This document shows, one piece after another, positions 32,401 through 42,000 of a stretch of 64,000 bases of DNA (position 1 is its first letter; each line of letters begins with the position of its first letter). A model generated the notes under the pieces. The model worked only from the letters and a program-made list of their open reading frames with translations. It made no database searches and was not told the origin of the DNA. Made by a program: the position numbers and the translations under genes. Source of the stretch: a virus; IMG/VR virus record IMGVR_UViG_3300005676_000020, positions 1 through 64,000 of that record; one strand, written 5' to 3'.

Positions 32401-32530
32401 GTTTGAAGAAGTAGATGATGATGATCCGTTCTTATCAGATGATGAAATCCGGGCGATGGGCATAAATGTCATCTCTTCTACGGAGGTAGATGATGTATTA
32501 AGAGAAAAAGATAAAGGTTGTGAATCATGA
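20474..32530 (+). CDS. virion-packaged DNA-dependent RNA polymerase polyprotein (phi14:2 gp66-like)
   Basis: 4018 aa. Catalytic GSDFDHDK (D-F-D-x-D at 29732-29746) preceded by YRFPTEGPNSM. INDGQAW and KR..G..SPG motifs. Also a HEAWH zincin. Confidence 0.9.
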   Translation: MLPDQPFFPDFGIEQSRMAVDYHQPPLTDHGINDSLQNIGLLYQQLSLLKSRNPILGSKGGMKTESDFIFPSIEQALSPKMRTSDIEPVQFDPVQERLGRYQGSKYFRDIGFLPGRDNEELYGRAQTGWEAFTNGISGAWQLAKFQFVDQLKGWGRMVDSVFSGDLDKLYDQNDLEAVNSDLDDIMNKNPVFMTKNDRDKIFTWANVANVVQQSGFTLGAIAEIAAEELLLTAIAASTGGAAAPVQGARSAALLATLKTAFRRLARAENAAMEPNRMRKVFNSLGRMTPFTNTLQTVAKGARAEENALQLARRGFGSFYRDIREANAAFTEARAETSGTYYELKNKLTEDLHNSGQPVTQQKLQEIDRVAREAADANFWANSLIIGASNRIQFDNIFRGFKGTGQYLREIGDVAVDKKGFFKRSAIPFTKGFLRTAKAEAIPKAARYFKNNITEALQENLQSASDQAVRSYYEANYNSPGSKALKDSIYESISSQFSTEGAKTFLSGFLTGAITNPFTRGIPALYDRVSTTKVQRDKRAKNIEKQLNVLNGFFSKAEGRNGAVQLQIGKEMGEAIKSGDIKSFADLKDESVRSFARAVLETGKVDLVFERMHSLAKGLTKEEFEQAFGIKYSDTNKQDSLRYIDALYTKVMDIKQIKDDLDYKFANPFMPEKTDTEEDAMKKAISYAKYEEAKWHIAYMKDAHMRTSKRQSSIIKDLQLEMPDMTYSAISKLTDIAKAKDEVKMLRQEASVINDVRLKEAKIKEADLLNALIPSIQKGDIDPETFREYVNLVQEKNNREPITDEFIDNNRTRLNDFIRLGEERQRYFDNLNWLADPANASDFFNRHIEFKIQEEHQKKQDDFADAVDDIGKDHPGYEIRMDENGNVKVEAKEGEGSEQETEAIKEELKAAEEKIFGKSPEDEVLERIKERLASIYRKLSDTGEISDQDREFLNSAEIKEIGENDANYRKIMAILERKPKEEEEGEKKKSADEKTETTENVTEDDTSAFPYYEGSDVNKENPLPKGAAKTIIEEVVDGGAKNNEGRYTGGKRDENGDAIMEGGYSFLRGQVARLFLNNPLLLEQYEFAIVRDSRLYYEHVSGMPKEVREKLQVSHKNSPYNFFIDLNRKSDTVVMVIRDRKTKELIYFNPYVPGMVTDSKNGLVAAFALANTSVRESILNYVKKQPKQELILDFSKYNPISPGSFFENENKLRDFSQFMEGIDAEEVRLHISRGLKQIPWNAEENTRNGGVFIKVGNLNKIKLLPSKLTEIKVAGATYDIRPFFERVFDEATAKEIAASMSLIIYRDIFQPKNAFYEKVIVSIEPRDGQYGLKLIRFVDSTPNEPDFKKKKFVDSGQNTATVLTYLLKGGRRINVDENIQQDINLPTITEAGVEFKTIPYMEFLSKNLFTNKARVVRPDGKLDIHPVNNFFVISGLNDILGIKPGVEEAAEKIAAKMTGEKPKAPVVSMSTLQENLWTKIEYVNEKGEVSQRTISDIEPKDGPVFTAHDSKHKSRRSFNILSITKILDFVKRPDDKKPPAKPQDTTPDTTTPTTDDLLKKLRDETKNIDKKKDDDKPKDDINPFLAKVKDELSRALIGNKELQFIKDRFGEHVLNHLAYAVNSDYWGYWKQGVITLYGDARRGVGYHEAWHHFSQMFLTRDEKISLYNELMSEKPELRGADLKQVEEYLADRFSEYAVTQEEKAPVRKTVFQKIWEFLRRIFGGSQTPNQTTLDKYFTDLYFGNLASYKPAINNALWANLNYGFNVTQEGKQVNIFDAQEDNVAKGLFKVLLYTAFTHDGPEHNLKAENISIARMLNLSENSADKKVIVNKVFRAVVFHLEQFIVNNRAELERNAPSRSILDRMLTNYEDFFNHVFEDFRLGVNIDELIEEEEVDVVDVTALKPEEAELAEEDSEDVDAQKESQFSDKVLPFQDKGLLASVSKVMKSFVTTIPKAQVIYNNEGEIEDVVEYKNGYGFPEPADPHRILAILGEELAGVFSDQEMLEKLNSPELMQRLPEVVFLNRTLTGYGAEGQQYSVQTIMSLMRDFNRVFVPVYSVIEIGEGEKVMVEKTKGTANKLRAIWKDNFMRSDSSIVVADPVTGAEKRILNPSFSVNNERLVKRVGDDERVILNRIEYLSKLGITLSDRTIKTKKFRDFILGYRFVRFAETLEGRQKLGQNITDPVADITRDYEYRRKGEDTVISAGEGAFIRELLRLESIYSDIVPSNVFVTAKGTKKYSLMLPNMFNVVGNELRKANSIRDISSTPHVSYLTDPENFYVNNSLVLKSLFNKEGLKRDMETMNFEFGDYNGIEFKIADKKINKQSSDLTGRDKIIANINSLLGFGIIDVMRTGSSESFYFYRVPKWFHSYELKRGEFLTTESTVNVPFSARLYSKGRPNSQFDLVLKGYFYNLLVDEVNTMRFSSVPGKDFSDSWGVFDDILKRDLKAKIKALEINSPADTRNALYDLIPELMEDVREFFFTGRNSLTNRFLKYAKTFGIGPTDDGRPNTSFINPSIVQKYGSDWRGLVENFILNDFVINVEYSKLFTGIPQFYKDYHKRASGPMSPGNNANIGPIIADALERSHPMTMRGALGKPFDPNIHLYKTSTTTDEFTKLDEDVEEAYRRAGKALGKVDEVEQAIKEYDQTKAKAKPINDGQAWVTLDFYRRFRIQAGNWDPLTDEIEYWKEVAKWRIKKGLYKSEEELKGLQSFLDKYPKTLSTFPIAKLQYNGPEKARGLMRPVFHKFAVAPIIPSAWENTPLEKMQDWMLEKDIDYVTSISGSKNYNKSPFSFWDENKSDFSMSLDPNQSTLFSVYLKEQIKTAREIKDKSTWGTQIKSLWMSNRFNDGKASEANQALFDTYKDDLEAIIEAEKNQLFTEFGIKEQGDRIVISNAKGFVETLRQQADLRGLNSNVKASIKFDEVTGTFDTPLEIITNRQSIVDMIGGMIFRKLVRISANGDMLIQMSSLGTRANGEPELAFYKPVFDKKGNFIRTQAAQTKISFNKHFYPLLRLPHVDGKRIDTRERLNEMLKDPAWVNAHRQEVTIVAYRFPTEGPNSMEFMEVREFLPEVAGSIMVVPREIVIKVGSDFDHDKLNIFRPSYGDDGNVLGPDTIEIYETAVKRLIKIASANELVQGLMSKINALFSQEELESENDLDIDLEEASVSKEERLALKNYKKAMKDMKGYHMNQAMQAYIDSLSSPEMFLQLIKPNTTEKVKALAMEMAEKQGLEGFTETGVKAFTNTQIFDYTNNHIKFLQNVQGKNDLAVYAVLNKTLHNFQKIGVKLNSSFINKLAKKFYGTRNNLSLNTTPYLLTKEERDSFIQNGEIPLGFTEDIEGETITHIVAELMNSTVDIEKDAFYIALGINRYNKGVAAMLLAMRVPLKRISAFLLQPSLKEYYSRQESEPFAVINGQAFFASNINAKNMFNLKNRIELEREIQFRQNNDPGDIFSYDNLIENVGSRDWNNREQLTILAHFLMLQRLQRLYMMIQSNITVDTKKISTPLGANLFDFSKRELLSSGIINEEMFNKIHQQSYTSMFHSRDMIAKIFETLMPIGFSRTFIEKFSNRIVDAEAFLTKDQMLQLEKTVANDYMMYIVLEHGEYEGEPLREYLVKKLSRKLSQKTLMMELVELKKAEYPEIFELYDLTKRLKTNQSSKLSNLHNVEIQRGVDNTTETQEVLISEFIKLMNFRGNEIPGRQYSREDILKIRKFFRDLVVVMFGQSGFNKSMLYATDILPISEINPITKRALQKYKDRISANPEYESQFIDAFINEFVKENPKFDMQKSNVNLNQEPWRGKYLRKPVKLAKPAGPQRKFFMTEEIVTREDVRNNIGTLYLFGDNVQRTGLGGQAKELRGEPNAFGIATKKRPANDTNAFFNDKQLEQNKAIITKDINGALEAFRKGAYEQMVVLPLGTGMAQLDKKAPLTFDWLQQELKRLEIEVNGGQLPPPGQTPPAAPPPTTPPPPVTPPTPVQGTLFEEVDDDDPFLSDDEIRAMGINVISSTEVDDVLREKDKGCES

Positions 32531-33000
32531 TAGACTTAAAAAAAACAGAAAAGGATCTTTTCGGCAAGGTCGCAAATATCCTTGTAGCGTTCATGGTGCT
32601 TGCTTTATGGATAAAGACAATGCACCTTTTTGAAGGGTGGTTATTCTCCACCGAACTGATTTCCCAACTGTTTTTCTACCAGTATCAACACCCGCAACTT
32701 ATAAATATTTACCTGTTCTGTATAGCGGCGCCGATAGGGGAGGAAGTAGTCTTCAGGCATTTCCCTTTACAGGTGCTGAAGTCCGTAAAGAAACCGGATC
32801 TGTATTGGCCGGTAATACTGATGACCTCTGTCATTTTTGGATGGTTACACCAGGGTCACCTGAATATTCTCATCCAGGGTATGATAGGTCTGGTATGTAG
32901 TGTTTTGTACATAAAAAATAATCATTGTCTATTGTCTGCCATAGCGTTACATAGCCTATGGAATTTGGCTATCCTGCTAAATTTGTTTAACTTTAACTAA
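32527..33000 (+). CDS. CPBP/CAAX-family (Abi) intramembrane protease
   Basis: EEVVFR, FGWLH and HSLWN motifs set within TM helices. Confidence 0.85.
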   Translation: MIDLKKTEKDLFGKVANILVAFMVLALWIKTMHLFEGWLFSTELISQLFFYQYQHPQLINIYLFCIAAPIGEEVVFRHFPLQVLKSVKKPDLYWPVILMTSVIFGWLHQGHLNILIQGMIGLVCSVLYIKNNHCLLSAIALHSLWNLAILLNLFNFN

Positions 33001-36000
33001 TGGCGAATACGTGTTCAATACTCCGTAATAAAGAGACAGGTGAGATAGAGAAAGTACTGGCCCCAAATGGTCAGGAAAGTATCTTATGGAAAAGTCTCAT
33101 AAGCATAGGGGAGCTTTCTATCAATAAAGAAGATACTTTACGTACCTGGGCGGTTGCCTATACAACAGGGTTTAAAAATGAATTTGGAGACTGGGAGCTT
33201 TTCCAGAAGGCCAGGGAGCTGTCAGGTTCTATAGAAAAAGCTTTCTACAGAGACCTTTTTGAAAATGAACCAGAACAGTTCCTGTTTGAAATGGCTCAAC
33301 AGCTCCGGTCGTCTGATATAGAAGCCCAGGCTGCCAGAAATGTAATGGGCAACGACCTTGCTCAGATAGCTCTACAGTTGTTCCCAAACTCCGTAGTAGG
33401 TTCAAAATACACACCTCAGTTTACCGGTAAGGTAGACAGTAATGGTGAACCTTTATTAGAACATGTTGTCTCTCCCCCAGGTCTCCCTTGGTTTGAAGAC
33501 GCTATACCCTACACTCAAAATTTTGAGGAAATACAGTTCCCGGACCTTGCCAAATACGATGACGAAATCATGCAGCAACTGCCGGTTAAGGTTGGAGCTA
33601 AAAAGCAAGTGATAAAGATAAAGGGGTTGGATGTCACCGAGATGAAAGCCAAACGACCTAAAGAAAAAAAGGCTGTATTTATAGATTCAGACACCTTCCA
33701 GGATATAGGTAAGTTTATAAAAGACGGACCTAAGGACCCTACTGACTTCCGTCATGACATTATACGAATAGGTAATAACATATATGTAAAATCCGGTGAC
33801 AACCTGGCATTCAAGCAGTTTTATCCCTTCCTGGACTTTTCCAAGAAATATAAGGTACGGGGCCGAACCTTTTACTATCTCACCAATAACTTTGTCTACT
33901 CCCCCGGTTCAAGTATCGGCGCTTCCAGGGAGTACAGTATCATGAAAGCCAGGGCTATTAAACAGGGTAAGTTTGGTATAAAACCTATAAAAACAAAACC
34001 CAGGTTGACTAAGAGGGCGAAAGAGGCCATAGAAGCATTTATAGAAAAGAAGAGGAGTTATATACCTTTGATAAAGGAGGAAATAGAAAAGTTTGTTTAT
34101 CAAGTAGATAAGTCCCGACAATCCGCTTCTGACCATTTAAGGTCGATAGCTAACTCATACGAGTCACTGATGGACCCTTCACATAAGGAGGAGTATATAA
34201 AGATATTAGAAAGCCGGTTTCTTAGACAGACCGAAGAGTTTTTTAAAACATATGAGGGTGATGACGGAGAGGATATGATAAAGTCGACAATGAGCACTCT
34301 ATCAAACTATCTTCAAAAATTACCGGCACTGGTATTGTTTAATATGGTACATGACCAACCTGTCTCTGAGTTCTCAGCAATGGAATCTGAGATAGATGAT
34401 GAATTTTCTGAGTTCATATATAGATTTTCTGTTAGTTCAGTCATACCAGAATCGTTTATTTCCGGAGAAAATGGAAGGAGGATAAGTTTAAAAAGTATAT
34501 TTGATACGGTAAATGTAGAAATATTCAGCGACCGGGGCTTACGTGAGAAGTTGACCGCTGACGAAATTATGAAAATATCCAAGTCAGGTATCTTCAGAAA
34601 AGTCGACACGAGTAATTTGAAAAGGACAAAGGCGTTAGCTGTATTTTTGGAAGTTTATGACAGACACGGTCATGTTGCAGCTAATACTTTTTGGTCTGCG
34701 TATCGTAAAAATATAAATACTGCTTCTGCCGAAATCATTCAGAAATATTTTAATAAAAATAAGGGTAGAGAGGAAGATTACAACTCTATAATGGATGATA
34801 TAAGAGATACCCTAAAGGGTGTGGATAAATACTCAGGAGCTTATGTAGATAGTGAGTCTATCGAATACCGAACTTGGTTTTCTAGAATAAGTTCCAGCTT
34901 TGTCCCATTGATCGATATAGCCGAAGGTATATATAAATCAGCTTCTGGGTCCGTAGAACTTCACATACTAAACCGGATGTTGTTAGAAGTTCCTGAACTA
35001 GGTGACGACCCTTACCAAAGATTTAGAAAAATTGTTGACCTAATATTTACCAATGAAGAAGACTTATCAGAAGAAGATAGGTCGGTGTTAGAATATCTCA
35101 AAACTACAAAGGCTAAATCTTTGTTTAACAATATATTGAGAGCTTTCCGTGAGCTACTGAGATTTATCATATACGGTCCAGATTTCCAGTCACGTTCTGC
35201 ATTTGAGGCGTTAAGTGCACAAATGGATAAAGTACATGAATATCTTGCCGGCAGGAATACTGTTTTTTCACTTCAAATCGGAACTGGTGAGCGAAAGGAA
35301 GAAATTGTTGTTAACGATCAAGTAGTAGAGATTAAAAATACGGAAGACCGTGTGAGATATGGGATTTCATCTAATATTGAAGTTGACACTGATGAGAATG
35401 GTGTTTCTGAAACGCTTCTTGAAAGATTTCCGGAAGGCTCTACTCTTCAATATGTTCGGGTGCTTGAGGCTCCTAATCTTAAATCAGTGCCGGTAGATTT
35501 CCGGTTCCCTCATCAGCTCCAAAAATTTATTGCCCCCAATCTAAGCATTCAGGATATACCAGAAGGAGAGTTTAAGTCTTTCCTGTTAAATGAAATGCGT
35601 TATGTTAAGTTAAAGGATTATGAAAAGGAGAGGCTTCGTGAAAAAGGAGGTCTCGGTATGATTTTTAACATTTCATCAGCTGTTTCTAAGTTATACACTT
35701 CCGGTAAACCTAAGTATTCATTTGAGCATAAGGCTCTTTTAAAAACAAATCTAGGTGTCGGGTCTTTACCTATGTACACTCTTGGGGAAAACGGTAGCGT
35801 GTTCAATATCGAATTTGGAGCCGGGGCAAATTCTCCTTTTCCAGAAAGTCTTTATGAAAGATTTAGACTTGACCACGGTCTCAGAAAGTTGTATATAGAT
35901 AAACCTATTGGATGGTTCGGTGGGGTTTATTCAGTAGAAAATAAGACTATATCTGTTACTGAGGTTCAGTCAGACCTTTTACAAAGGTCAAAGACTATCG

Positions 36001-39000
36001 GCGAACTTAGGTCTAAGGTAGAAAATTACTATGACGGTTGGCTTTATGTTTTTACCGGAACTGCAATCAATTTGCTCCTAAATTACTATGAGGATGTAAC
36101 TCATATAAGAATACCGACCTCAGAAACTTACAAAAAGTTCAAAAAAGAAAGTCCTTCTCAATATTATGACAAGATAGCTTCTGTATTCCCGACAACTTTA
36201 TCAGAAGACGGCCGCTGGCATGTTATAAAAGTATCGGATATTTTTGGTAAAATCAGTCCAGATAAAAAATCCCAGTTTGATTTTATGATAAAAGCGGGTG
36301 TCAGAGCTGGGGTTAAGGAGCAAAAAGAGATAACACCAGACCTTCAATCTGACAGGGATAATGCAATGGACATATTGGAAAGTTTAAAAGAAAGTGAGAT
36401 TCTTGGTTCTTACCTGAAAAGCTCCCCTGACCATGTGAGTGAAATAGAAAAATGGATTGAGAGGGAGTTCTCTAATGAGAAACCTATGACCGATGATACT
36501 AAAGGAGGAGAGCTTGTTGGACCGGATGGCGAGGTGATTGAAGAGGATGAAGGTTATGAAGAGACAGATATGGACCGGTTAGTAAGAGAGACAGCTGCTA
36601 ATAAAAAAAGAGAGTATGTTTTCGATCTCGACTGGGCTTTAGATGAGTTGTCTGCGGCTATGAAAAATAACGATACTGCAAGGGTGAATTTTATAAAAAG
36701 GCTTTTGGAAGAACACACGTCAGGTAAAATAAACTTCAACCGTTCTTCTTCAGGTAATTACAAACAAATACTGTCTCTAGATAACCAAAAGATTTTTGAA
36801 GAGCTTATTGCAAAAGGACTTATTACTGAGCGGCGCTGGAATGGTATGTACTTTGTTCCAAAGCAATACCGGGAGCCGTTCAGGAGACCTCCGTTCAGCT
36901 ATCTCAAAAAAGACTTTCGTGATGGTCACTTCCTTGACAAGAACAAGTACGAAGAGTTAAAGGCTATCATAGAGGTTCGTGGACTCAGTTGGCTTGATGT
37001 CAGACCTTCTAATTCAGGAGACTCTTATGTTGTAAGAATATTTCCTACCAGACAAGAGTCTATGCAGACTCGTCTCCATGAGTTTGCTGGCAAAGATGCA
37101 TTCATAAAGATTGCTGACCGCCTGTCTAAGCGACTAGGAGTTCCTTATAAGATTATTGATGCTGAACAGGCCCTGAAGATAACAGAGGACTCACAGATAC
37201 CTTGGAATGGTGAAGGGGCCTTTGCCTATAAAGGTACTGTATATGTTCTGCAGGAAGCGTTGTCTCTGGAGAATGCCGTACACGAATTCTCTCACTTCTT
37301 CATCGAAGCTGTCTCCAAAGAGTCTCCTTACCTGTTCTCAAAACTCTATAAGCAGTTAAAAGATGATCCTTATACCCGGGAGAGATACCTTGACCTGGTA
37401 GAAAGACTATACCCTGACCTATCTGAAGAAGATAAGGTCAAAGAGGTTATGGTTAGGGCGTTAACTGACAAAGCCCTGGGTCTCATAGATGAGCGTGGAA
37501 ATGTTATCTTAGAGGCTATCCGTAAGATTTTCAGAACTCTCGCTAATATCATCCGTACTCTGTTCGGAGTTAGTGTTAAGAACCTGAACGAAAACACCAC
37601 ATTAGACCAGCTGGCAGCAATACTTCTCGGAGAGAATGATGGTGAAGTCCTAGACCTTGGCGACCGTAACACAGGCTTCTTTATGAACCTGTTTCCGATG
37701 TTCAACCGGGACATTGCCAACCAACTGGAAAAGCTTACCGGCTCTACTGTAAAAAGTAGTATAGACTCATTCTTTACTGTTACAGATGCCCACTATCAAA
37801 GGCTTCGTCAGGATAAGGACCTGGAAAAGCTGAAAGAGATACTCAGTAACCAAAAGGGTACTACTCTCGTATCAGATGAGCGTCAGATACTTATGAGAGC
37901 TGCAGACTTTGCCAGAACCCTGGAGGAGAATATGAAAGTCGACCGTGCCGCTCTTATCACCTTTGCAGAGGCTATTGAGGGTCAGGAGGTTATAGCTAAG
38001 AAGATGGCCGATCACGTAGCTTCTGTCGTAACCGATAAGGATATGTCCACTCAGGAAAAGCTGGCTATATTCCGTAAATATAGTTTCATAACCAAAGAGT
38101 GGACTACTGTCGTAGACCTTTTCATGAAGGCTATCAAGGACTCTCCTGTGGGCCGTGGAAGAAATCCCTTGAGCGATTCTATCCAAAACATGATATCAGA
38201 CTATAAGTTTATTGACAACAAGATAAAGGATTTTTACAAAGAGGACGGTCTGCCATCATTGTTCAGAGAAGAGATAGAGGGGAACATCTACTATCAGGCG
38301 GCGATGAAAGAACAGGAGGACAGGATAAAAGAACTGGAAGAAGCCTACAAAAAGGATAAAAACCCGGCTATAAAGAAAAAACTAGACAAGGAGCGCGGAC
38401 TCTTAGAGAGATATAAGCTTACCGACGAAACCCTTGCCAAGTACTTATCAGGTGAGATGGGCGATACCAATCACTATTCAATGTACCTGGAAAGCTACAC
38501 CTCCAATCCAGATCCGATTGTTGGTCACTTCGCTAACTGGTTCATGAAGCACAAGTTCCGTGCTCAGTCAAGAGCTCAGCAGCGCATGACAGCCTTCGAG
38601 AACAAAATCTCAAAGATTTACAAGAAACTAGGCTACAAGCCAAAGGACTTCCAGAAAGTATCAGAGAACCTGGTACAGATAGAGACCTTCTTTGACGGCT
38701 ACCGTAACTTCAAAGGGGAAGAAAGAAAAGCCTGGACGTTCATAAACCAGTATGGTGACGATGCCAACGGCGTCGGCTGGCAGTTTGAATATAACCGTCT
38801 TCTCCAGGAAAGGGAAAGTGCCAAGCAACGGATGCACTCCCCTCTCCGGGCTCCCGGCTATGAGAATATGACCGGTGAAGAAGAGTATCGCCGTAAGAAC
38901 CAGGCCTTTGAGCAGTTTAAGCTTGACTATATGTTTGATGAGGAAGCTGATGTAATCAAAGAAGCAAGGCTTTTCTGGTTCCGTGACGCAAACACCCATA

Positions 39001-42000
39001 AGGCTAAGATGCGCAGGGAAGAGGTCTTAAACGAGATACGGGCACTGGACTATAAGGATTTCTCTAAAGACGAGGCTCTGGAAAAAGTAACGCAGAGTAA
39101 AGCGCTATGGAGAAAGTACCGTCAGCTTGGCTCTATCTATGATGAAATGGGCAACAAAAAGGAGGGTGACGAGCTGGAAATAGCACTTACCATACGCGAA
39201 TACAACGAGAAATACGGTAATTTATACGAATACGTAGAGATTTCAGGGGCTTTTGAGTCTAATCTGAAGTCTCATGAGCAGCAGGTTGCCGATGACCTGA
39301 TGAGTTCTGGTAACTACAAGACAGAAGCAGAAGCCAAGGCTTCTCCGGAGTTCCGGGCGGCCATTCAGAAATGGTACCGTGACAATATCCGTATCACCCT
39401 TACAGAAACCTTCTATAAGGAGCGTTCTGACATTGCTGAAAGGTTAAAAGCCTTTTCAGAAAGCCTTGGTGATCAGAAGATTAAAAAGAATCTGGAAGAA
39501 GTTTCCGAAGCGTGGTCTGAAATAAACCGTATAATCCAGGGTAACCGGGACGATGACCGTCAGCCTATTGGCACCGACCTTTCCGATGAGCAGCGTAAAA
39601 GAGTCCTTGAACTGCAGCAAAAGGTCATGGACCTGAACTCTGCATTTAACCAGGCCAACAACCTGAGCGATGAGGAGGATATTGAGTACGGTCAATATGT
39701 CCTTAAAAATAAGGTGTTCTTCATGGAATTGACTGAGCAAGAGTACGCCAGGATGAAAGAATTGGAAGAAAAGGCCGGTATAAAGCTTACTAAAGACCAG
39801 TACCTGGAAAAAAAGAAGATATTTGATGATTTAAATGCCCTACAATCGAAGATCGCCACGCCCTACTATGTAGACACAGTTAATGATTTCCTGGCCGCAT
39901 CGGGCTCAGAATTGCGTATAACGCCACTCAGCGCTGACGAACTGCTCACGGCTGAGGTAATCCAGCCTATTTTGAGGAAAAACCCAGAATTTAGGAAGTG
40001 GTGGAACGAAAATCACCTGGAAAAACAGATATACGACAAGACTGTCGATGCTGTAGTCCTTAAATATAACAGGTCTTATGTCTGGAACCGGAATGTGCCT
40101 AATGACGAGATGTTCAAGACGCTACTCGATAACGGCGACTACGAAGGGTTGTCAAGGTACAAGTCCCCTTATCTTGAGGTAAAACCGGCCCAGGAGTACT
40201 TTTACCGCCGTCTGAAGCCTGAATTCAGGCATTTCCAGTCCCGGGAAACTCTCTGGATAACCCATGACAACCGCGGAAACTGGCTACCTAAGCCTACAGA
40301 GGCTACTGCCACACCGGCACAGAAGGAGTATATGCTCAAGCATAAGATCCCTTTTGCCAAGCCTCGGTTTGAAAATAAAAAGTATTTGGACCTTCGCGAA
40401 AATAAAAAGGACGAGTTTGAGTTACTTGAAGCCTTTAAACAGTTCCACCTTGAAAGTCAGCAAGATCTGGCCAGGTATGCCCGTCTGGGTCTTGAGGTAC
40501 CACGTCTTCGTAAGAACAGTGTAGAGAACGTAGACCTGTCCAAATTGGCTGATAAACCTAAGGATTGGTGGAATAACATAAAGGGTTGGCTTGGCGCCAT
40601 GTTTATGAAGCGCCAGGATGACTATGAACTGGGTACGGGAAGCTATATAGCGCCGGCTAACCGCGCTCAAACATATGTTCTATCTGACCTTATGGGCGAC
40701 CAGATTAACTCTATACCTATCAAATACATGTCACATGTAGAAACTGACCTGGTTTCTATGGACATTGGCAAAGCTGTAGAGATGTACGCTGTATCTGCAG
40801 AGACCAATAAGGTTCTGCACGAGATAAACCCCATGGCAAATGCCCTTAAAGAAGTGCTTTCTGACCCGGAAAATAAACCAAAGGACCTTACAAAGAAGAG
40901 ACGTAACATCATCAAAATCATCACTGATCCCTTAAAAGGTTCTACCAATAACAACGCAAACAAGAAAGGTAACTATAACAGGCTGAAAATCATAGAAAAC
41001 TTCCTGGAAAGAGAGCTTGAAGGAGAGGTTAACATACAACAGTTTGGACCGTTTATAGAAAAAATCGCCCATGGCCTTATGAAGATAGGTGCCTGGGGTT
41101 CATTAGGTGGTAACATATTTGCCGCGCTAAAGAACGCCGTCGGCGGCCAGATACAGAACAACCTCGAGTCGGTCATGGGTCAGAAGTTCACGCCAAAGAC
41201 CATGATGCAAGCAGATTTGGAATTTGGCAAATTGATGGTCGACCTGATGCGGGACTACTACCAGATAGGCGATAAGTCCCTGTATACGCAGATGTTTATC
41301 CTGTTTGACCCGCTTAACTTCTTTACGCAGAAAGCCGGTTCTAACTTTTCAAAAACTGTAACCCGGGACGCTCTCGACCTGCGCTGGATTATGGGAATGC
41401 AGAAGTTCGGCGAGATCAACATCCAGGGTTCCGCCTGGCTGGCGATGATGCTCCACCAAAAGGTAGCGTTTACTGACCCTCATTCCGGGGTGCAAAAAGA
41501 AATCCCATACCTAGAAGCGTGGGAACTCAAAGATGGTGTACTTTCCTTAAAAAAGGGAGTAGACAGTAAATGGGACAGAGGTAACTCGAACTTTTTGCAA
41601 TTCTCCGCATCGGTACATAAAGTGAATGAGTTAAACCAAGGTGCTTACTCTGAAGAATCCCAACCAGAGATTAACAGATATACTCTTGGTAAATTATTTT
41701 TATTCATGAGAAAATTCTATATACCGGCTTCGGTAAATAGGTTTGCTCCAAAAAGGTATAATGCCGGTCTCGGCTCTTTCCGTCAAGGTTACTGGATGCC
41801 TCTTTTTGAGATGATAAAGAATACGGCTACGGGTCACCCTCTGATGCCTGGTACTGACGATTTCAAGGTGATGTACTCTGCTTCTGAACGTGCTGCGGCT
41901 CTCCGTGCTGCTTCTGAGCTTGCTACTATTGCCCTTATTGGCTTGATGATTAAAGCTCTTGGATTCAACGATTCCGACGATGAAAAATACGATAAGCTGA

